Of a DNA stretch of 52,043 nt, positions 40,446 to 51,736 are shown one piece after another. How positions within the stretch are numbered: the first letter of the stretch is position 1; every line of letters begins with the position of its first letter. The notes below the pieces were generated by a model that had not been told where the DNA came from, did not search any database, and was given only the letters and a program-made list of their open reading frames with translations. The position numbers and the translations under genes are program-made. Source of the stretch: Priapulus caudatus (Eukaryota); the NCBI RefSeq assembly GCF_000485595.1, contig NW_014577078.1, positions 276,427 through 328,469 on the forward strand, written 5' to 3'.

Positions 40446-41330
40446 TTTAGCTCATCTGACATAGTCAGATGCAGCTTTGTAGAAATCCTTCATCGTCCCG
40501 TCCCGATCGTCCGTGCGTCGGCGTCACAGTTGGGCAGCAAATCTTAACGCTCGACGTACGGTCACCTGATATTCGGGAAGTGGGGGGGTAATCCGAAAAC
40601 GAGTTGGATGTCGAAGCTGGGGGTCAAAGTCAAGGTCAAGAGGTGTAAAAGAAGGGAACATTCACCCCTTAACTTAAGGTATAGGGAGAAGATGCAGGAT
40701 TGCGGCACAATCTAAACCGGCTCGCCTAGGCTCGTGATAGTCGGCGTATACATCAATGGTAGAAAAGCCATCACTGGTGCCCGAAATCTGGAGGTCAACA
40801 GGTCAAAGGCAGTGGGCACAGGGCAGATTTAGACTATTTCTGAGGACATGGTCTGAAGAGCGATTTGAAAAACTTTTTGTTTCAGCGTGACCTAGCATTT
40901 TTATTGGCTTTATGAAAGGAGCGCATGAAATGGTCCCTTCTTGCTGACATGCGAAGAGTAAGTGTCGGATAACCTTTTGACCCTCAAGAGGAGGGTTAAA
41001 CATGGAGTATTGTTGACTGTTAACAAAGGAGTGAACTGCTTTTTGCTATTAGAGCCCGCCTCCCCCCCATCGCCTCCCCTTCCCCATCCCCCACCCATCC
41101 GCCCCCGCCCCATTACCCCCAACCCTCCCCGACACCCCCTTCCCCACTCGTCCCCCTCCCTCCATAGACGATTAGTGGGCGGTGTCCTAACAATGAATGT
41201 GTATCGCAACTGCGTGTTGCATATCTGCCGCGCTAAAAACAAATGTGGTACTACGCAGACTGAATATTTGAGTTTATAATCGTAGGCAACAGAACCGTCA
41301 GATGAGCCCAAGACCTCTGCGGCTCTTGTT
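40446..41330 (+). mobile_element. Helentron-associated non-autonomous element (HINE)
   Basis: tttttagctcatctgac 5' subTIR, adjacent inverted gtcagatgcagc, cgtc(c)-type microsatellite, internal ggtcaaag motifs, 3' subTIR gtcagatgagc (41297-41307), then hairpin caaga...tcttg and TT. Partial counterpart at ~33290-33620. Confidence 0.8.
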
Positions 41331-41799
41331 TGGATTACTTGATAATATAAACTAATTAATAATGTATCACATGACATTTCAATTGAATAAGTTAATAAAC
41401 AAACAGTATACAGCAAAACAATACAAACGGGCCGCCCAAGAATGAACGTTTTGTAAATAAACTTATTGAAACCAGCCGACAATATAATATTGTGAATAAA
41501 CATATTATACATTATATACATTAATTACAGTAATATGTATTACATTATGTATGTATTAATTGTGTAATACCATTACGATTATATACATTATAATATACAT
41601 AATTATGTTTCTACATTGTGTATACACATTGATTATATACATTATATACCATTATGCAGATATAATTATATATCATGCATCAACAATGTTTTATTAATTG
41701 TAACGAAATATTAACTACGATAATAACTATTTAATTGTCAAGTGGTATCAATCCATTGCATAGTAATAAGTCCTTAAATACCATATAACAATAAACAAA

Positions 41800-42400
41800 T
41801 AAACACACGCGCACGCACAGACACACACACACCACAACACACACACAACTACACACACTGCAGCACACGCACCACCGGCGCACGTACACACGCAGAAGCA
41901 CACGCGTACTCACACGCACACACGACGCAATGCAAAACACACACCCCCCGCAGCGCGGCACGCCACACACACACACACACCACAATGCGCGCGCACAACA
42001 CACTCACGGCACGTAACAATACGCACGACACACTCACCGCACGCGACGACACACACATACACACCCGGATCGCGCCACCTACACAACTCAAACGGTCGCG
42101 ACGGTACATACCAACGAGCACACCACGCGCAACAGACGCACGCACACGCCACATACACACACATCACACACACACGCACTGCACGGCGCAACGTACAACG
42201 ACGCAAAGCCACACGCAGTAATCTCACACGCACACACACGCCCCCGCGCGCCCCCGAAAGCACGCACACATCACACAATGCGCGCCACAACGCACACTCA
42301 CGCGACGTACATACCACAGCACACTCACGCGCAACAGCGCACAGCACACAGCGCACAGCACACACACCGCGCCGCGTCCAGTGAGGTCGACACAACCACA
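41800..42400. repeat. Degenerate (AC/GC)n low-complexity tract
   Basis: acac/gcac repeats throughout. Confidence 0.85.
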
Positions 42401-43713
42401 TAAATAATAATATATATATATATATATAATTATATATTAGTTATTTGAGGGGGGGATACCGGGTATTTCTCGGGACGCGGCAATTGGGCCATTTTAAAAT
42501 TACCTGGAACTGGAAATGTCAGATAAATTTTCCGTGATCGGGCGAATAGAAAGTCCATCGGGACGTGAAAAGACCCTCTAAAATTGTCTGGGATCTATCT
42601 GGGAAAATTGTCGTCAATTCGTCGGGATTTCAATCTGGCGCTAATATTTTGTAAAATATTCAAAAAAAAAAAATATTTTTTTATTAATATGCCCAGATAA
42701 ATAATAGTATGTAAATATTGAAGTATTTATGTTAGTGTTTAAAACCGTAAACTACTGAATTTCCTGAAACATGTCTACATAAGTTTCCATGGAAACTGAA
42801 TTGGATTTATTTGAGATGGGAAACTGGGGAATATGGGGTGTTTTTTGCTGGGAAAGTGGGAAATGTACGCCCCCCGTTCCGCCCCTCATATTTATAAATT
42901 TACTAAACAGCTAAATGCTACTGCTAAAAGTACCACGTGCACGAAAGCAACATGGTAAATTGTAGGTTGTGCTTAATAGTCTTTATCCATGTAAAGAACA
43001 CGTGTGTTTGTAAACATTCTATAGCTTTTACAAACATGTATGTGTTTAACGACTTTACGTGATATTTATAGAGCCGTCAATAGTAAATTACGCTCCAATA
43101 GCGTCAGCAAGAACTGTACGCGAGGTCATGCCAGTCGCAAATCAACGTTAGCAGCCGGAACCGGAACCGTGCTGGCTAAAAAGTTCTCCCGCTAAGGAAC
43201 GCCTCGTCCAGAGTATCAAATTAGTATCATACATAAGGCGCGTTCATACGACGTTTTTTGGCCCGACAGCCTAATTAGGCCGGTGCCAGATTTTGGTCTC
43301 ATCGCGAAAACGTCCGGACGCAGGCCCGAGCCAACTTTTAGCACCAAGCTTTCGGCGAGGGGGAAAAAAAGTAGAGCGGTTAGAATCGGTTGAGCGTAGA
43401 TGCCCGGCCGAGTGTCGAATCGTGTAAGGCCTACTTCGACTAAATAAAGTCCAAAACAGTATAAAAAATATCGAAAAAATTTGATCAGGATCACGTTTCA
43501 AGATTGATTAATAAACTCGGACGTAAGTAAACCACTCTAATGCGTAAACAATGCCCATCTCACGACATATCTGCCAAAGATCTGTGAAGATATTTGTCCA
43601 ATAAGAATTTATTTGAATTTGAATTTGAATTGACAGACATATTCACTGCGTAACGTGTGAACGCCGACTACAAACCGGCCGCGAGCGCCAGAATTTGGCA
43701 GCCGAGGCGTTTT

Positions 43714-44087
43714 TGCTATCCCACGGCGGTGGAGGGAGGTCACGTGAATACAACGTTGACGATGACGTTAACACGTTAACCCTACAACGGTAACCTCACT
43801 CCAACATGCGCCAACACTGAACACTCACACTAAATATAATAATGTGTCGCCACGCTATGATATACGGCATTGTGATCCAGCAAAAAATAACACCTATGGT
43901 GTGGGGACAGAATATCATAGATGGCAAAAACCCTAACGCCTATACCCGTAATCCCTAACGCCTAATCCAACCCTAACGCTAATCGCTAACCCTAACCCTA
44001 ACCCTGACCCTAACCCTAATCCTACACTACGCAACACTAGTGCTGGCCACATTGCGCGTCACCTCCCTCCGCGCCCGTGGGATAGCA
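43714..44087. mobile_element. Inverted-repeat element carrying telomeric (CCCTAA)n, nested in the PIF-like MITE of copy B
   Basis: ~35-bp inverted repeats tgctatcccacggcggtggagggaggtcacg / cgtcacctccctccgcgcccgtgggatagca. Internal ccctaa tract at ~43930-44025. Absent from copy A. Confidence 0.72.
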
Positions 44088-44163
44088 TTACCCATTTTGT
44101 TCGAGCCAAACAGCATCGGAACCGTGTGAACGCGACATATAGATACATGTGTTTGTATATATC

Positions 44164-44600
44164 CAGCCCGTAGCCAGGGGGGGTTTCGGGGGGTTCGAAA
44201 CGAAACCCCCCCCCCGAGCCATCCCCCCCCCCACCCCACCAAGAAAAAAAAAATTAAGTTGAAATTTTGGCAAGAATTTCACCTCAGGTCGCTCCCATTT
44301 TAGTGTAATAATTGCAAAACTGCCGATACGTGCGGGAGGGTGAACAGTGAAGCACCCCCCTCCCACACTCCTAACCCCCCGCTCGGATCCGCTTGGCTTC
44401 CCTCGGCCTGGTCGGCTTCGCGCCTATGGAGCAGGGGCGTGTTTGGGGGGCCAGGAGTCCCGATCCCCCCCCCTTCGCGTGCTCGCAACTTTGGGTTACG
44501 GTTAGACCCCCCCTGGTACAAATCCTGTACACGCCCCTGCCGACAAATTGCCAAACATTGAAAAACGAACCCCCCAATAGAAAAGCGGCTACGGGCCATG
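44164..44600. mobile_element. Non-autonomous TIR element with 6-bp TSD (tatatc), present only in copy B
   Basis: tatatc|cagcccgtagcc ... ggctacgggccatg|tatatc. Copy A shows the empty site gtttgtatatatctgtggtat (~35000-35020). Confidence 0.85.
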
Positions 44601-44900
44601 TATATCTTGTGGTATAATTATAGAGACAGGTGATCCAATCTGCGCTACGTACCGTGAAGTGGCGAAGTACACCATCTGTAAACGCCCCCCTACAATACCC
44701 GCCGATCGGCTGCCGCGCTGAGGGATCAGCAATCCCATGATTGTTATATCAGATATTATCTACAAATGCCACTATAAAATTCTACATTAGGGTCAGAAGA
44801 AACGGAAGTTGGAAGCGGAGCTGTTTAGTGCTGCCACGTAGTGGGACAATCAAGAACTACGAGTAGAAACGACATTCACCATATTGCCATACACTAAGAA

Positions 44901-45885
44901 TCTATATATAATATATATATATAAAGTTTGGGGTAAAAGTTGTTGTAGGCCGAATTAGTCCGTATCGCATAATCTAGAGAACTCCCGCAGCCTAGAGGAA
45001 AACTAAAAATGATATTTCAGATCAGGCACGCTGGGAGGTGTTCTGGGCTGAAACAAAAATTTTAAAAAGTTAAAAAATTGATACAAATTCTATTAATCAA
45101 TAGATGGCGTAAACCCGAAAAAGTTGCGTATTTGACAATTTATTTTGCACGTTATCAGACCGAGGCTAATCACAAAAGTGCAAATTATATTTATCACCTA
45201 AATGCTATTTAAGCCGAACGAGTATTCATTGTAGGGCAAATTTTATCCATATTATAACTGAAACATTGTCTTTATAAGATATTACACATGCCTTGGTTGC
45301 TTTTAAATGAAATAAATAAGAAAACACCCTCGGTCTGTAGCCCTTGGCTGGAAAGTCGGTTTTGCGCCAAGCTTATCAGATCGTGCGCTTGAGCTGGCGC
45401 CACCCGTCTTTGTATATCAAACTGTAGTCGTTAGTGTTAAAACCATTTTTTTAAATATTTCTAATGGTGATTGAACCATGAAACTTCTTTATGTAGCGTA
45501 ATTATAACCTAAATTAGCTCAAAATAATCCCGCTAGAACCTAGAGTAAACTCTCCCTTTAATGTCTTTTATCTTTTAATGTCTTTTTATTTTTTACTGTT
45601 TTTGGTGGGATGGGATGGCATGCGATGGCATGCGATGGGATGGCATGGCATGGGATGGCATGGGATGGCATGGCATGGTATGTCATGGGATGGCATGGAA
45701 TGGCATGGGATGCGATGAGATGAGATGGGATGAGATGGGATGGGATGGGATGGATGGATGGATGCATGGATGGATGCATGGATAGATAGATAGTTAGATT
45801 TTTTTGGGTATTTTCCTTTCAACCAAGCGGTCACCAACTGAGTAACGCCACTGATTTTCCTGGGCAACGCCGGGTATCCCGCTAG
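44901..45885 (+). mobile_element. Non-autonomous canonical Helitron
   Basis: a|TCtatatat start, 3' hairpin cctgggcaacgccggg followed by tatcccgCTAG|t. Inserted at an A|T site without a TSD. Confidence 0.85.
45606..45793. repeat. (ATGGG/ATGGC)n pentamer plus (ATGG)n/(ATAG)n microsatellite inside the Helitron
   Basis: Read directly from the sequence. Confidence 0.9.
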
Positions 45886-46849
45886 TATAGTTATATATAT
45901 ATAATAAGATATTCTTAGTCAGAGCACGTATATCACATACGTGCTCTGTCTTAGTCTATGCTACTACTATGCGGAGAAGTCGCCATTTATCAAAAACGGC
46001 GTTATAAGGCTGATGAGTAGGCCTACCGTTGGTTTCCCGATCGAAATATATTGGCAGTATGTTAGCAGTATATTATTTCTATTGGGTTCCGCAATGGCTG
46101 ACAAGTTAAGAATACACCAAGGAAATATATTGAGATACTAGTTTAACTAGTGTACGTATTATTTCTATTGGATATATCAAACCACATACCAAATACAATA
46201 AGAAGGGACAAACGCTAAACAACAACGACAGGCGTAATCTATATAGGAGTACTCTTGATCTGAGAACAATATATACACATAAGATCAAATGCCAGCAATT
46301 ATATATATTGATGCTATAATTAATTATTTTTGTTGTTATTATTATTATAATTATTATTAGCTCTTGACAAGATGTATATTCTGTTCTCAGCTCAATGACA
46401 AAATATTCCCGCATACACGCGCGCTCTCTCCTGCTACACCTCTTCCTTTTTTCTGTCTCAGACAGATGAGCACCGTCGTTCTGCGGCACTAGTTTACTGA
46501 GGAATTGAGGCTGCTAGGCGTACTATTAACGGCAGTGATATTACCTTGACAGTTGTCATCGCTATAATATATGACATTAGACAATGGGACCGCTCACCAA
46601 AATGAACTCGAGTATGATGGTTCAAATTACTCATTTACTGTTAAAATTCGTCGTTACAAACTCGGTACGTGATTAACACTAATATTCTCTCGCGAACTCT
46701 GAGCCAGAGTATGACATACTATCAGGAGTTAATAAAGACAAATTTGTCTTTATTAACTCCTGATTGATTGATTGATTGCTATGGATATGCATCGATACCG
46801 TAATCGGGCGACATGCATAGAGACGCTCGTATGCATGCTCGTATGTACC

Positions 46850-46930
46850 GAAAGCGGACGATGACGTCACCCGGACCGGATATCTTCAAACAAATTGGCC
46901 TGTATCACTGCGCATATGTCCGGTTCAAGT
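46850..46930. promoter_or_regulatory. Candidate YAP promoter with a full CRE palindrome
   Basis: TGACGTCA at 46862-46869, inverted CCAAT (attgg) at ~46894, CpG-rich context about 400 bp upstream of the ATG. Confidence 0.5.
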
Positions 46931-47277
46931 AATTTCCTTTTACGGGTAAAAATGTGTAGAAAAGTGACAAATAATTACGTAATCGAGTGCGTTACATGTC
47001 AGCGCATACTTAGTAGTATTTGCAATGTTCTTTCAAACTTGTGAAAAAGTTAGTTCAGTGCGGATGTAGCAAGCACATCTGGTGTGTGATGTGTTCGCGC
47101 AATCACTGCTAATGTAGTTCGACGCAGAGGGCAGATATTACTGGAAAGCCAAAGGAAAAGATCTGAGTACTGTCCCCTCTCGCTCGTTATAAGTTTTATG
47201 TTGCTTTTTTTGCGTTTGAGCAACTCGTGTCGTTCACAGCTCAGGGCACACGCAGTCGGTGTAACACTTGGACCGAT

Positions 47278-47705
47278 ATGGAGCCCAAAAAAGGCACCCA
47301 AGTGATCCATGTGCGAGGTGATTCGGACTCGGAACTGGAGGCGCTTTTTAAAGTTGCCCTGTCACCAGATCCAAAGAATCATAGCCTTCCGATGAGGAAT
47401 AGGAAACTTCCCGAATCGTTCTGGAAGCCACCAGAAACAGGATCAAGGTCATGCAACCATAGTAGGGAGAGCAGTACCGATTCGACACACCTCATGAGAG
47501 CACCACCCCCTGGACTTGTCTCGTCGCATTCTCGAGCTCAGTCGTCGCCGGCAAGTATGCAACAGTCTCAGCTGAGTACCCCACAGACGCCACCCCACCA
47601 CTCCCAACACATCAGACAACACTCAGAGATACCTGATCACATACCCTTGCCACCCGGATGGGAAGTTGCCACAATGCCAAAAACAGGACAAAGATATTTT
47701 ATCAA
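47278..47705 (+). CDS. YAP1: YAP/Yorkie transcriptional coactivator, first coding exon (gene continues beyond the window)
   Basis: TEAD-binding domain QVIHVRGDSDSELEALF...LPMRNRKLPESFWKPP. LATS motifs HVRGDS, HSRESS, HSRAQSSP and HIRQHS. Start of WW1 PLPPGWEVATMPKTGQRYFI(N). Phase-2 donor aa|gtgagt. Confidence 0.96.
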
Positions 47706-47868
47706 GTGAGTACACTATTAAAAAAAACTGGGTATAGCTACTCTACCATAAAGTCGACTAGAATTTTACAGCACTTAGTAACATTGCCATTGCCATTGGT
47801 TTATTGCCTCCTGTGACCACACTGCACACATATTAATTTTTGTTATTTTCTTTATATTCCGTACAGAC

Positions 47869-48689
47869 TGCAAATTTGATCGTACATCAAACTAGTCCGG
47901 GCCAGTCGTGTGCCAAATTTTTGCAGTGTGTACACGCTATCCTGGACTAAATACACGCTGGTCCGGACTAAGTTAGTCCCGCAAATGGAGGTGGGCCAGG
48001 CTCGCTTCAAAGCGTGCTAAGGTAGTCCGTACTAAGTTAGTCAGCACTAAATTGCGTCGGTACGCAATCCGGGGCCAGGCGCCGGCTAAATTTCGATATA
48101 CACCTGTGCATAGCCCTGTTTGGGTCAGATAAAAGTACTGTAGATGTCTGCTGAGTGATGTAATAAGCTAAACTGAGCATGCCAGGGGTCGAAATAAGCG
48201 ATGGTCGATCCGATGGTTCGAGGCCATCAAATAACCAGGAGGACCATCAGATTTTCAAAGTCAATGGTCCGACGGACCGGACCGTTATGGCCATATGGGT
48301 TCAACTAAATTCTACTGAAACAACTTTATTAACCAATATACTATTGAAGTGAATAAACAATTACTGTATCATTTGATACATTCATTGTAGGTGAATAATT
48401 TCCATTTTATCACCATGTAAAATCTCTTTCTTACGCTTGCACGCCACATTACTTTTAGAGAACAATTTGAAATTTAGGAGGATCAGCTAAAATTTAGGAG
48501 GACCATCTAAATTTCAAACTAGATGGTCATGTGTACCATCTCTTTTTTTCTCCTTATTTCTAACCCTGGCATGCGCAGACAACCCGGGCTAACGTAGCCT
48601 GGATCAGCATTTTGTGTGTCTGCTCCGATATAGTGCACACCTGGCCCGGGCCTGGCCCAGACTAGTTTGATGTGGGATCAAATTTTGCA
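47869..48689. mobile_element. TIR element in YAP intron 1, containing a nested insertion
   Basis: tgcaaatttgatcgtacatcaaactagtccgggccag ... ctggcccagactagtttgatgtgggatcaaattttgca, a ~37-bp inverted repeat. Confidence 0.75.
48183..48568. mobile_element. Nested non-autonomous TIR element with 6-bp TSD (gcatgc)
   Basis: gcatgc|caggggtcgaaataag ... cttatttctaaccctg|gcatgc, with internal (g)accatc/gatggtc subterminal repeats. Confidence 0.82.
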
Positions 48690-50239
48690 TATATACCAGT
48701 TGGGATTTAGACTATCAGTATGGTTCATGTATATAAGCGCTGACCACGATTCATTTTCGCAATGTGCGAAATGTGCAAATGTGGACAGCTCTTATATCCT
48801 TGGGCTATAAGTATTACTGTTCAATTTATTTCTTGTTATTACTTCTCTATTAATTTTTATGGGTAGTGACGTGGGTACGTCCTGCACAAAGCCTGCACCT
48901 CCGTATTTCACCTACACCGCATATTTTTTTTGCAGGAATGAAAGTGCTTCCATTGTAGAGTAAAATAGTTAGCACAAAATATGATTTAACTTCGTATTTT
49001 TAACCAATAACTTCACACCTATATACACATATAAAAAGGGAGATTTCAGTTAGTGTTACATAATCATGAAGCCAACAGTATAGATCACATCTCTTAAAAT
49101 TGCATCTGGTCACATGATTGTGTAAAACCCAGTTTGTGCATAGGTGTGATGTTATTGGGTAAAAATACAAAGTTAACCAATTTTTTACCCCACATAAACG
49201 TAATGGTTTCAAACAATGTTCCTACTTGTTCTAGTATTTTTCTGAAAACTACAATACTTACTGGTATTGCTTGCGTAACAGCAAGTGTCTAAAGTAAGGC
49301 TAACATGTCTTAGAACACTCAGGAATCATTTTCACAAACATATACCAATTGAAATCGTTTACATCATGTTGAGGCAGTTACCTGAGAATACCACTTGTTT
49401 CTTGCAAGACCAAGTACCTGTACTTTCACATGGTAACTTGAAGTAAGCAATAGAGATGTTGTAGCAGTCTAGAACCACTACTTCGAAATGAGATGCACTT
49501 TTGTATGGTTGTTTCCAATTTCAAGGATGTTGTCACTATACAAAAGATTGTCACTACATACTATTTTATATACCATAACAGCATAAACATGTTGCTTGTT
49601 CGCTATTAGATGAGAATGTATTTTGCTATATTTTACTCAATTGCACAGTTATATGAAATAATTCATTTAATGCCCTGCCACTTTGTCACTGTTCCTATTT
49701 TATTATTTCACGAATTGCGGGTTAATATAAAAAAAACAATTTTTAAAATATGGAATTGCAGATGGCTAAGCTTCAAATCTCACCCGCAATAACCCCTGCC
49801 TAGGTTCCCCACCCATGCCACGATAAATATCCACAAAAATGTTACACTACGTTTCTGGTACATTTCTGTTACATATATACAGTGACCTCCGCTTTATTAG
49901 GGATTGGTTCAATGGGTGCAACGTTTTATGACATATCAGCCATTCCACCGTGACTACCTACAAAAATCCAACTTTTAATTGTCTGGCAGTCTTATATTAG
50001 CTTGCTGCTACTTGTTTAAAAAAAAAACTAAAAAAAACTATATGTTAGCATTGAAGTTATTAAAGTTCACCCACATTCAAGAAGCTGTGCTTCTTTAATA
50101 AAAGGGCTTATTTACATGAAATTTTGGATTTAAAGTTAAACCATTTCATTATTTCTCTTAATTAAAAAAAATGCATGTCACTAGCTCTCACTTCAGTTTT
50201 CAACTTTGGTGTATACACTTACGTGGAATGGCTGATATA

Positions 50240-50907
50240 CAGTAAAAACCCGCGTATAAGAACATAGATTTTAAGAACATGTTAGGCTAAAATTTCCCAT
50301 TTAGACCCCTTTACATAAGAACCTGTTTTAGGCTAAGATTTTAAAGTAGGTTCTTAATTTTCCATGCAGATGAAGACTTAAAAAGAAACACAGGTAAAAT
50401 AAAAAAGACGAGCTCAACAATATCGATGCAATAACAATGCCAATGCCAATGCCAATGCCAATGCTCAACATTAACAATGCCAGCACCCTGGCATTGTTAT
50501 TGAGACACAGTACTGCATTATTTACATATACAGTAAAAACCCGCATAAAAGAACACGTCGATTAAGAACACTCAGGCTGAAATGCGGTCAAAAAATTGCA
50601 TATACATAAGAACACATTCAGCCTGAAAATACATGTATTTGTATTGACATCTCAACCATAACAAAAACCATAACTAAACTCTCCATATAACACCTTACAC
50701 ATAACACTACTGTACTGGTAACACATGCATCACAGTCACTAAGCCCGCGCGTAGCGCGGGTTTCAGCTAGTACATCTTAAAAGTGGAAACAATTAAGAAC
50801 CTATTTAAGAACCTTTTGAGCCTAATTTTTCAGTAAGCACCATTTATATAAGAACATGTTGAGGCTAACTTGGAAAAATCTATGTTCTTATACGTGGGTT
50901 TTTACTG
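50240..50907. mobile_element. Tc1/mariner(pogo)-type MITE with TA TSD, composite
   Basis: ta|cagtaaaaacccgcgtataagaacataga ... tctatgttcttatacgtgggtttttactg|ta. A second left-type end occurs at 50531. Confidence 0.82.
50650..50770 (+). mobile_element. Mini-Helitron nested in the MITE
   Basis: Hairpin cccgcgc-gta-gcgcggg followed by tttcagCTAG|t. Candidate a|TC 5' end at 50650. Confidence 0.65.
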
Positions 50908-51694
50908 TATATGTCTTTGGAAAAATCTTTACGCTCATTATTTTAATCAGATAGACGAGACATAACCTCAATTAAATGGCATATTTTGTGCAAAATTTAC
51001 TTGTATCGTAAAACGATCATTTCTTAAATGAATCGAAAATGAATAAATTCAGACAAATTTAGAACTTTTCACCTGTCAGTTTACATATTACTGATTACTT
51101 CAGCATGAAAATTAAGCCGTGTTTCTGCTGTTAACTTATTGGCTATAAAACAGTAAATGAACAGCTTGCATGCACCTGGTTTGTGATAATGGAATCCCTC
51201 CCACAAAACCAGTACATACGTATTTACGTGACACAAATATTTATAGACTAGTAGTATGGTACCTCTCTCAAAATATGTACAAATGTAAAGTACAGACAGT
51301 ACCTAATGTAGAGACAGGGTGTTAGTCAATGGCATCTCGCAAGAGCAAAAATCACGCACTATTTTTGTTGACACATGTAAACAAATTATAATTTGAAATG
51401 CAGATTGGTGAACATGTTGGGAAAAAGAATAACGTGCGAGTGTTCTATGACATGTTAGCCTAACTATATATACTTACATATATATATGGATGGTTTTATG
51501 CATGAAGTACTGGTTAAAGAGTCAGAATGGTCAAGAAAATATGAAAACGGTTGGTAAAAACACGAGATATTCTCGCTTTAAGGGACCATTGTAAATCGAT
51601 CATAAGCAAACAATTCTCGACTTTTCAGTGGATGCATCATGCGGATCATAATGAGATCACAAAATATTTGTTGAGCTATGTATACTGTACATAG

Positions 51695-51736
51695 TATCAG
51701 GAGTGTATCAATATTGATATTGATACACTCCTGATA
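51695..51736. repeat. Palindrome with 20-bp arms
   Basis: tatcaggagtgtatcaatat-tg-atattgatacactcctgata. Confidence 0.88.

Larger units (their letters stand above)
35246..44846 (+). repeat. Copy B of the large duplication
   Basis: Starts immediately after the end of copy A with gtgcgaatattttcg... and ends tgctgccacgtagtggga. Carries extra insertions at 43714-44087 and 44164-44600. Confidence 0.92.

Noticed and set aside
43930..44025. True chromosome end or telomere fusion site
   Set aside because: The tract is short, degenerate, in one orientation only, and enclosed within an inverted-repeat element.
45558..45867. His/Pro-rich repeat ORFs (HPIPS/HAIPC)
   Set aside because: They are translations of the pentanucleotide microsatellite inside the Helitron.
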